Positions 24,245-30,854 of a DNA stretch of 32,000 bases are shown here, in pieces. Below the pieces are notes generated by a model. That model saw only the letters and a program-made list of their open reading frames with translations, did no database searches and was not told where the DNA came from. The position numbers were made by a program, and so were the translations under genes. Source of the stretch: Methanobacteriota archaeon (GTDB lineage Archaea > JAADCQ01 > Methanopyri > Methanopyrales > Methanopyraceae); assembly GCA_027064425.1 (NCBI GenBank), contig JAMOPO010000052.1, positions 147,010-179,009 of the forward strand. The letters run 5' to 3'. The first letter of the stretch is position 1; the number at the start of each line of letters is the position of its first letter.

Positions 24245-24667
24245 ATGAGCCTGCTGGAGGACCTCGAGCGGTGCCGGGCCGAGGATCTCATGACGGAGGA
24301 CCCGATCACCGCCTCCCCGGACGACGGGGTCATCGAGGCCTTCGAGACCATGCTCAGGAACGACATCGGGGCGCTCCCCGTCACGGACGACGAGAACCAC
24401 CTGCTGGGCATCGTCACTCGCACCGACCTCGGGAAGGCGCTCCTCGAGGACCGGTACGAGCCGGGGACCACCGTCGAAGAGGTCATGGAGGAGGACGTGG
24501 TGGTGGCGCACCCCGACGACGATCTCCGTACCGTCCTGAAAAAGATGTGTTCCGCGCCCGAGGGCATCTACAACCAGCTGCCCGTGGTGGACGATAACGG
24601 ACGGCTCTTAGGTATCATCGCGGATGGGGACATCATCAGGTGGCTCGCCAGTCGAGTGGAGAAGTAG
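24245..24667 (+). CDS. CBS-domain pair protein
   Basis: Start at MSLLEDL (ATG 24245), 4 nt after pgk2. Two CBS motifs (DLMTEDPITASPD...ALPVTDDENHLLGIVTRTDL and VMEEDVVVAHPDD...LPVVDDNGRLLGIIADGDI). Confidence 0.85.
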   Translation: MSLLEDLERCRAEDLMTEDPITASPDDGVIEAFETMLRNDIGALPVTDDENHLLGIVTRTDLGKALLEDRYEPGTTVEEVMEEDVVVAHPDDDLRTVLKKMCSAPEGIYNQLPVVDDNGRLLGIIADGDIIRWLASRVEK

Positions 24668-24669
24668 AA

Positions 24670-24888
24670 GTGAAGCTGAGCGAGCGGCCCCCGAGGGAGC
24701 TCTCAGAGCTGCTTCAAGATCACGGTCTTACGGTGCGGGACGACGGTCGGACCGTGCTCATCCGTGGGTCCAAGGACGATCTGCTGGAGGCCCTGCTGAA
24801 CGTCCCACCGAAGCTGTCCATGTCTTCCCGAAAAGTCATCAAAGAGCTGTGGAGGGCGCTGGGAGCGGACCGACCGCGGCTCCGCTAG
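24670..24888 (+). CDS. Hypothetical small protein (72 aa)
   Basis: GTG start 2 nt after the CBS stop. Coding-like sequence (LSELLQDHGLTVRDDGRTVLIRGSKDDLLEAL). No family recognised. Confidence 0.4.
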   Translation: MKLSERPPRELSELLQDHGLTVRDDGRTVLIRGSKDDLLEALLNVPPKLSMSSRKVIKELWRALGADRPRLR

Positions 24889-25772
24889 AACACCGAGTAG
24901 CTACCCTTCACCACCGAATTGTCCACCAGGAAGACCCGCTGCCGGCCCCCCATGTTGGACATCCAGAGCCAGAGCTCAACGCTGCCGCTCTTGGCGTGTT
25001 CCGGCAGGACCATCGCGGGCACCGTTCGACCCTCGAAGTTCACCGTCCGGCTCCCGATCTTCTCCTCGCCCGGGCCCAGCAGGGTGACGCTCACCCTACC
25101 CAGCTGTACCGTAAGCTGCTCTAGCACCAGACAGCCTCTGGCCCCCGTCTCCTTCAGCGCCCGCTCGATCTGCCGCTTGACCTCCACGTGCTTCCCGTCG
25201 CTAACGTTGCACAGGACCCGCCCGATCACCGCGTTGTATCGGACTTTAACGTCCGGACCGTCCATGACCCGGCGGCCGAGCTCCCGCCTAACCGCCTCCT
25301 TCACGCGCTTCGCGTCGGGCTTGCCGTCGTACGAGGCCTGGAACATGAACACGGATCCCTTGATTACCACGCTCCGCTGCGCCATCACCTTGTCCTTCAG
25401 CGCCTTCTCCACGTCCTTCCTGGCCTGATTGGGGTCCATCGTGATCGGCACCAGGGCGTCAACGATCACGACCTCCTGGCCGGCCAGCTTCGTTTTCTGC
25501 GCGGAGACTCTCTCCACGCCCTCGACGCCCTCCACCACCTTCTTCAGGTCCCGCTCCGACACCCCGGGCTTAGGTACGGTCAGGACCCGGACGATCGACA
25601 CCTGATAGTCGCGCACGATCCTCGCCTTCACGACGCCCTCCGCCGCGGCCACCTGGGTCGCCTGCCCGGTGAGGGTGAACGTGGGGATGGCGGACAGAAC
25701 CATCATCGCGGCCAGGAACAGGATGCCGCCCACCACGATCGTGCGTCGGTGTCGGCGAATCCAGTCGAACAC
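24885..25772 (-). CDS. Hypothetical membrane-anchored (probably extracytoplasmic) protein, 295 aa
   Basis: N-terminal TM helix (IVVGGILFLAAMMVLSAI), followed by several alpha/beta-looking modules each with a charged helix (DLKKVVEGVEG; ARKDVEKALKDKV; AKRVKEAVRRELG; EVKRQIERALKETG). Starts 3 nt after the CYTH stop. Confidence 0.55.
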   Translation of the reverse strand: MFDWIRRHRRTIVVGGILFLAAMMVLSAIPTFTLTGQATQVAAAEGVVKARIVRDYQVSIVRVLTVPKPGVSERDLKKVVEGVEGVERVSAQKTKLAGQEVVIVDALVPITMDPNQARKDVEKALKDKVMAQRSVVIKGSVFMFQASYDGKPDAKRVKEAVRRELGRRVMDGPDVKVRYNAVIGRVLCNVSDGKHVEVKRQIERALKETGARGCLVLEQLTVQLGRVSVTLLGPGEEKIGSRTVNFEGRTVPAMVLPEHAKSGSVELWLWMSNMGGRQRVFLVDNSVVKGSYSVF

Positions 25773-25775
25773 GGC

Positions 25776-26330
25776 TCACTCCCCCGCGCGCTCCATGAGC
25801 ATCTCCAGGTAGGACTTCCGGATCCGCTCGCCCTCGGCCCCCAGCTCCTCCGCCAGCCGACGGAGGTCCTTCTCCGCCCGCTCAATCTCGGAGCGGTCCT
25901 TCACGGAGCACTCCAGCTCCAGGAACGTCCCCAACCCCTCGACCTCGTCCAGCGTCACCTCAACCTCCCGTCCCGCGAACTTCACCCGGTACACCTCCCG
26001 TCGTTTCTTAACCTTCACCCGCTCCAGCGGCTCGAACCCTAGTTTTCGCAAAATTTTGTCCATGGCCCCGAAGTCCTCCACCTCGACCTCCACCTCCTCC
26101 CGGGACTTCTCCTCCCCCACCCGGGGCCCCTTGTACGTCAGGACGGTCCGATCGCCCGCCCGGCGCAGGCGTAGCGCCTCGTCCGTCTCCCCGAAGTCCC
26201 TGCACGGGTGCTGGTAGTACAGGTCCACCTGCTCCACCTCGCCCTCAGGCTCGCCCATCTCCCGGAGCCTCTCCCTGACCTCCTCCGGGTTCTCGACCGC
26301 TATCTTCACCTCCACCTCGAACACGCCCAC
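25776..26330 (-). CDS. CYTH-domain protein (class IV adenylate cyclase / triphosphate tunnel metalloenzyme)
   Basis: N-terminal ExExK signature (FEVEVKIAV), then DEALRLRR, VLTYKG, EVEVEVED and VTLDEVEGLGTFLELE. Confidence 0.8.
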   Translation of the reverse strand: MGVFEVEVKIAVENPEEVRERLREMGEPEGEVEQVDLYYQHPCRDFGETDEALRLRRAGDRTVLTYKGPRVGEEKSREEVEVEVEDFGAMDKILRKLGFEPLERVKVKKRREVYRVKFAGREVEVTLDEVEGLGTFLELECSVKDRSEIERAEKDLRRLAEELGAEGERIRKSYLEMLMERAGE

Positions 26331-27588
26331 TCCCCCGCAACAGCTCGGTCAGGAACCCCGGATTAACGGAAAGGTAGCCCAGGACCGCGCCGAGCGCCGC
26401 CGGCACGGCGCAGTCGATCCCGAAGAGCTCCATCACCAGCACCGCGGCCGAGACCGGGGCGTCGAAGGCCACCGCCAGGAACGCGGACATGGAGGCTGCG
26501 ACCGCCGCCGGTGCGGGCAGCCCCACCGCCTCGCGGACGGCGGACCCGAAGAAGGCCGACGCGCACACGACTGGCGAGACGAAGCCCGCCGGCACGCCGC
26601 TCCCCAGGGTGAGCGACGTGGCCGCGACCTTGCCCAGGAACGCCAGCAGCGACTCGGCCGGCCCCATCCGCCCCATCGCCGCCGAGGACGCCCAGTCCAG
26701 TCCTAACCCCGTGGCCTGCGGGACCACCAACCCCAGCGCCGCCACCGACAGTCCGGCGAGCAGTGATCGGGCCTCCGACCTGGGGATCCTGTGCAGCCAT
26801 CGGTAAACGACCTGGACCGCGAGCACCAGCCCCCGTGCGGCCGCGGCCGAGACCAGCCCCACGACTGTCAATTTAGGCAGGTCCACCCAGGAGTAAGCGT
26901 ACGGGGCGTGGGCCGTCAGCAGGTAGCGCTTCCCCAGGATCAGGCAGTAGACCGTGTACCCGGTGACGCTGGCGACGACGGCGGGCGGCAGGCACGCGTA
27001 CCTCAGCCTCCCCGTGAGCGCCTCCAGCGCGAACAGGGCGGCGGCGACCGGGGCGCAGAGGACGCCGGCCACGCCGCCGGACGCGGCCGCGGCCACCAGC
27101 CACTCCCGCCGCAGCCCGGTCAGGCCCCACCGATCCGCGCACCACCGACCCAGGGACACGCAGGATTGCACGCAGGGGCCCACCTGGCCCCCGCTACCGC
27201 CCGCCCCGATCACGACCCCGGCCAGCAGGAGCTTGAGCGCGCCGGCCACCGGGTTCCTGGCCTCTCCGCGCCGAGCGACGTCCAGGCCCGTGCCTGGGAG
27301 CTCCGGATGCAGCGAGCTCAGGGCTCCGGCAAGCGCCATTACCACCGGCGTCAGCCACCCTGATCCGCCCGACAGCCGGCTCACGACCGCGATGGTCCAG
27401 GTGATGGCGGAGGCGCACAGTCCGCCGGCAGCCCCCAGGGCCAGGGTCGCCGCCGTCCACCGCACCGCTAACGTTAGATCGGTCCGCAGGGCCGACCCCT
27501 CCCGGGGCCGGGTGATGGGGTGGGAGCTGAGGGTCGAGCGGCGCTGGGATGAGACCGTCTGCGGTCGGGTCCGGGAGCTGTACTCCAA
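26245..27588 (-). CDS. ClC-family (voltage-gated chloride channel-like) membrane protein
   Basis: Polytopic. Motifs resemble the ClC selectivity segments (GAGGSGGQVGPCVQ in the G(K/R)EGP position; GSGVPAGFVSPVV in the GxFxP position). The real start may be GTG 27465, because codons 1-41 overlap the divergent cupin gene. The 3' tail overlaps the CYTH gene by 86 nt. Confidence 0.55.
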   Translation of the reverse strand: MEYSSRTRPQTVSSQRRSTLSSHPITRPREGSALRTDLTLAVRWTAATLALGAAGGLCASAITWTIAVVSRLSGGSGWLTPVVMALAGALSSLHPELPGTGLDVARRGEARNPVAGALKLLLAGVVIGAGGSGGQVGPCVQSCVSLGRWCADRWGLTGLRREWLVAAAASGGVAGVLCAPVAAALFALEALTGRLRYACLPPAVVASVTGYTVYCLILGKRYLLTAHAPYAYSWVDLPKLTVVGLVSAAAARGLVLAVQVVYRWLHRIPRSEARSLLAGLSVAALGLVVPQATGLGLDWASSAAMGRMGPAESLLAFLGKVAATSLTLGSGVPAGFVSPVVCASAFFGSAVREAVGLPAPAAVAASMSAFLAVAFDAPVSAAVLVMELFGIDCAVPAALGAVLGYLSVNPGFLTELLRGSGRVRGGGEDSGREPGGGQGEAPGDGRA

Positions 27589-27844
27589 CGAGGACTTCTC
27601 ACTAGCGGAGGTCGTGGTGGATGGGGAGGGTGAGGAGCACTACCACGAGCGGACTCTGGAGGTCTATTACGTGCTCGAGGGGCGCGGTCGCGTTCACGTG
27701 AACGGGCGCCCCGTGGACGTGCGGCCTGGGGACGTGATCGTCCTGGAACCTGGGGTAAGGCATAAGGTGGAGGGCAAGCTCAGGCTCCTCGTCGCGTGCT
27801 CGCCCCCGTTCGATCCGGACGACGTGCACGTGGAGGAGGGATGA
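27515..27844 (+). CDS. Cupin-domain protein
   Basis: ATG 27515 (MGWELRV...). Cupin motifs GEEHYHERTLEVYYVLEGRGRV and PGDVIVLEPGVRHKV. The upstream 187 codons of the track ORF are shadow of the ClC gene. Confidence 0.75.
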   Translation: MGWELRVERRWDETVCGRVRELYSNEDFSLAEVVVDGEGEEHYHERTLEVYYVLEGRGRVHVNGRPVDVRPGDVIVLEPGVRHKVEGKLRLLVACSPPFDPDDVHVEEG

Positions 27845-27875
27845 TGAGCTAAGCCTACGCCGACCCGGGCCGGGA

Positions 27876-28178
27876 GTGATGGAACGGGTGAGCTGCCTGA
27901 CCTCCCGGGTTCGAGTCATCCTGCGGCTCCGGGTACCGGAGGAGGTGATCCGATCCCTCGACCCGGACTCGGACCCCTGGTGCTCCGTGCGCGACCGAAC
28001 GATCCGGATTCGAGGGGACGGGTTCGGGCCCGTGAAGCACGCCACCGACGACGTGCTCCGGTGCGTGAAGGCTGGCCTGTCGGCGGTGAGGGTGGCGGAG
28101 GATGCAGCCGCTGACGAGGAGGAACAAGGACGAGCACCCGGCCGTGACCGATCCGGACACGACGATCATCCTGGGTGA
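27876..28178 (+). CDS. Hypothetical small protein, weak Pcc1(KEOPS)-like pattern
   Basis: RVRVILRLRVPEEVIRSLDPDSD...RTIRIRGDG...ATDDVLRCVKAGLSAVRV loosely follows the Pcc1 beta-beta-beta-alpha pattern (A.D..LR). The assignment is tentative. The tail overlaps the next gene by 77 nt. Confidence 0.3.
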   Translation: MMERVSCLTSRVRVILRLRVPEEVIRSLDPDSDPWCSVRDRTIRIRGDGFGPVKHATDDVLRCVKAGLSAVRVAEDAAADEEEQGRAPGRDRSGHDDHPG

Positions 28179-28809
28179 CGTTCAGGCGACCCCGGACTGC
28201 GTGATCGGCGAGCGCGTCCGGCTGGGTCCCGACGTGGAGATGCGCGGGGCGTTGATCTCCGGGGAGTCCGTGGTCTACAACTCGGAGCTCGAGGGGTGCG
28301 CGGTGGGCAAGAGGACGACCGTCACGGGCCGGGTTTCGGAGGGCGTCACGATCCACCACGGCTCCGTCCTCGGGCAGCTGAAGGTCAGTGGGGACATCGA
28401 ACCCCCCGTCATCGGGTCCGGAGCCTTCGTGGGACCGGGGGTCTCTCTGCTTCCCGGCACCGAGGTGGGCGAGGAGGCCGTGCTCCTCCCGAACAGCGTG
28501 GTGACCGAGCGCGTCCCCCGCCGCGGCGTGGTGGGCGGGAACCCCGCGATGCCTCGCGGCGTGGTCGTGGACGTGGAGCGGGTGGAGGTCGAGTTCGACG
28601 GATCGGAGTTCGAGGTCGAGGGACGCCGGGGGCGCGCCTTCGATCTCAGGCTAACTGACGGCGGGCTGGAGGTCGAGGAGGACCGCCCCCACGAGTTCGG
28701 GGTGATCGCCGAGAAGCGGCCGAGGATCGTCCGGCTGGGACACGCGATCGAGCTGCCGCGGCGGCCCTTCACCTTCCCCCTCTACGTGCTCCAGCTGAAG
28801 ACCAAGTAG
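28102..28809 (+). CDS. Left-handed beta-helix (hexapeptide-repeat) transferase-like protein with unknown C-terminal domain
   Basis: Hexapeptide repeats IGERVRLGPDVEMRGALISGESVV...IGSGAFVGPGVSLLPGTEVGEEAVLLPNSVVTERVPRRGVVGGNPA. The C-terminal 80 aa are unassigned. Confidence 0.6.
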   Translation: MQPLTRRNKDEHPAVTDPDTTIILGDVQATPDCVIGERVRLGPDVEMRGALISGESVVYNSELEGCAVGKRTTVTGRVSEGVTIHHGSVLGQLKVSGDIEPPVIGSGAFVGPGVSLLPGTEVGEEAVLLPNSVVTERVPRRGVVGGNPAMPRGVVVDVERVEVEFDGSEFEVEGRRGRAFDLRLTDGGLEVEEDRPHEFGVIAEKRPRIVRLGHAIELPRRPFTFPLYVLQLKTK

Positions 28810-28820
28810 GGGGACCGCCG

Positions 28821-29426
28821 GTGCCCGTCCGCGACTCGGTCCTCATTGACACGGAGGTGGAGGAGGGCCTGGTCATTGGGAGCGTCCTGGAGGGTTGCGA
28901 GGTTCGGAGGGCGGCGGTCGTAGGAACCGTGGCCCACGGGGAGCGGTTCGAGGGGACGGTGGTGGTCGGCGGACGGCCCACCGACGGTGAGGTGACGGTT
29001 GTTCCCGTCCGCGCCGGTGAGTGGGGGGCCGCGTCCGGCGAGGACGAGGTGAGCGTCCCGGACTCGGACGGTGAGGACGTTCTCGCGATCGTGGCGGACG
29101 TGAGCGCGATGGGGCTGCTCCGCGATCTCCTGAAGATCGAGCCGCGACGGGTGGGGCACCACGCTCTCTTCACGTTCTCGGGCTCGCTGCCGGCCCGGCT
29201 CAGGAGGCGCCTGGTGGGGAACCTGGACCTGTTCCGGGAGTGCTGCCCGTGCGCCTACCTGCGAGTTAGCGGCACCGTCATCGCTTTCCGGGGCGGCAAG
29301 CAGGTCTTCGATGAGCCCGGGGAGGTCGAGTATCGGGACGTGCTGGTCGTGCGGGACGGCAGGCCGGTGCTGTCGGCCTGGAAGGCGGCGACGAAGAGCG
29401 TGATCTCCGAGCTGGGGGCCGGGTGA
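28821..29426 (+). CDS. Beta-helix-like N-terminal domain protein with Cys-containing unknown C-terminal domain
   Basis: GTG start 11 nt after the previous stop. The N-terminus SVLIDTEVEEGLVIGSVLEGCEVRRAAVVGTVAHGERFEGTVVVGG looks like short hexapeptide turns. The C-terminal domain (LFRECCPCAYLRVSG...) is unassigned. Its stop overlaps the next start (GTGA). Confidence 0.45.
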   Translation: MPVRDSVLIDTEVEEGLVIGSVLEGCEVRRAAVVGTVAHGERFEGTVVVGGRPTDGEVTVVPVRAGEWGAASGEDEVSVPDSDGEDVLAIVADVSAMGLLRDLLKIEPRRVGHHALFTFSGSLPARLRRRLVGNLDLFRECCPCAYLRVSGTVIAFRGGKQVFDEPGEVEYRDVLVVRDGRPVLSAWKAATKSVISELGAG

Positions 29427-30337
29427 CTCGCGTGGCCGGTCTCCGCGAGCTCCCGGACCTCTTCTGTCGGGCCGTCGTGGTGGAGGTCCTGTCGGGCCCG
29501 AAGCCGGGGCTCGTGGATCCCGTCTCACCGAGCCCGCACCGGGACATGGGGCCCGGCGAGTTCTTCTCCTGTCTTCCCGAGCTGAACCGGTGCCTGCGCG
29601 AGGCACTGGAGCTGGGGCTAGACCGCGAGCCGGTGGAAGAGGTCGTGGATCTGATCCCCGCCTGGAACGTGGACGTGCTGACGGCGTCCTCCGGCCCGAA
29701 CTCCGTGCGCGGGGTGCTGTTCCTGGGCGCCGTGTACTGCTACTCGGCCGGGTGGGAGGGGGACGTCTTCCCGTTCTCTCGGATCCGCGAGGTCGGGAGG
29801 CTCTGCGCGGAGAAGCTGTGGGACAGGACGGAGACGAAGTGCGGTCGAAGGCGAGTCCGAGAGGGATTAGCGGGAATCTTCGGCGAGGCGGCGTCCGGGC
29901 TTATGACCGCGAGGACGGTGTCGTTGTCCACCCTGGTCTCGGTGCTGCGCCGGGGCGGAACGCTTGAGGAGGCCGTCGTGCAGTCGGTCCTGGCCTGCAT
30001 GTCCGTTCTGGAGGACGCCGGGCTCCCCCCGCGGACGCGGGAGTGGGTGAGGCGAAGGTCCCGCGAGGTGTTGGAGATGGGAGGGGTGTTGACCCGGCGG
30101 GGTCGGGAGGAGCTCTGGTCCTTTGTGGAGGAGTGCGCACGGAGGGAGGTCAGCCCGGGCGCGTCGGGGGACGTGACGATCGTTGGGCTCGTGCTGCTCT
30201 TCCTCCGGTGGGGGAGGGACCTTTCCTCCCCGTATCTTGATCCTCCGGGACGGTGGGGTCGGGGAGCAGGTGGGGAGGACCGTTCGGGTCCTGGTGCGCG
30301 GGGACGGGACGCGGGTCGTGGCCTCTCGAGGGGATAG
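29423..30337 (+). CDS. CitG/MdcB-like triphosphoribosyl-dephospho-CoA synthase family protein
   Basis: GPKPGLVDPVSPSPHRDMGPGEFF matches the CitG N-terminal KPGLVD....H.DM motif. GPNSVRGVLFLG, GIFGEAASG and the C-terminal [17 protein letters not shown] follow the family order. The last 41 codons are G/R-rich and overlap the next ORF. Confidence 0.65.
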   Translation: MTRVAGLRELPDLFCRAVVVEVLSGPKPGLVDPVSPSPHRDMGPGEFFSCLPELNRCLREALELGLDREPVEEVVDLIPAWNVDVLTASSGPNSVRGVLFLGAVYCYSAGWEGDVFPFSRIREVGRLCAEKLWDRTETKCGRRRVREGLAGIFGEAASGLMTARTVSLSTLVSVLRRGGTLEEAVVQSVLACMSVLEDAGLPPRTREWVRRRSREVLEMGGVLTRRGREELWSFVEECARREVSPGASGDVTIVGLVLLFLRWGRDLSSPYLDPPGRWGRGAGGEDRSGPGARGRDAGRGLSRG

Positions 30338-30854
30338 GAAGTTTTTTAAGCGAAGCGAGGTCGGGGTCGAGCGAGAGTTAACGCCGTGGGAGGCCTACCG
30401 GGAGATTTGTACCCGGCTGGAGCTTAACTCGCTGGAACCTCCCGAGGACGTCGGGCACCCGGTCGACCCCGAGACGGGGTACCGGGTGCTGGAGCTCCTG
30501 GACCTGTTATGGCGGTCCGGGATCGAGGGGCTGGGCGTAACCGGCACGGTGGGCTGCGCGGCACCCCTCCACGACCTTACGGTGGGGAATCCGGTCGGGT
30601 GGACGAGCCTCCGGGTGGCGAACCCCGGCTCCGACCTCGACTTAATAATCAGGGAGAAGGGAACTCTACGGGAGCTCCTGAACCTGGGCTTTAGAGTCGT
30701 CAGGCGACGGGGTGACGGGGCGCTCCTGTCCCCGGAGCGGGTCACGGGTTTCCGTACTCCTCTACTCGACGTGAGGTGGGGGTGCGACGTTGGCGGACGA
30801 CCTGGACAGCCTCCTGCCGAAGACCTCAGAGAGCACCAGCCTGAGCACCCTTAA
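30183..30854 (+). CDS. Nucleotidyltransferase-fold protein, MdcG/CitX-like (candidate phosphoribosyl-dephospho-CoA transferase analogue)
   Basis: Pol-beta-type NTase signature [11 protein letters not shown]....GSDLDLII preceded by the helix [12 protein letters not shown]. The start is uncertain: 30183 on the track, a TTG near 30236 or a GTG near 30269 are plausible. The 3' tail overlaps pan by 65 nt. Confidence 0.45.
   Translation: MGSCCSSSGGGGTFPPRILILRDGGVGEQVGRTVRVLVRGDGTRVVASRGDRKFFKRSEVGVERELTPWEAYREICTRLELNSLEPPEDVGHPVDPETGYRVLELLDLLWRSGIEGLGVTGTVGCAAPLHDLTVGNPVGWTSLRVANPGSDLDLIIREKGTLRELLNLGFRVVRRRGDGALLSPERVTGFRTPLLDVRWGCDVGGRPGQPPAEDLREHQPEHP

Noticed and set aside
27468-27477. Perfect 10-nt palindrome CTAACGTTAG near the ClC/cupin divergent starts
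   Set aside because: It is a single short palindrome with no second copy in the window. It may be an operator, but on its own it is within chance expectation, so it is not reported as a feature.
26954-27514. N-terminal 187 codons of the 296-aa ORF that ends in the cupin domain
   Set aside because: This stretch is a P/A/S/T/R-rich shadow of the ClC gene on the opposite strand. The cupin fold begins right after ATG 27515.
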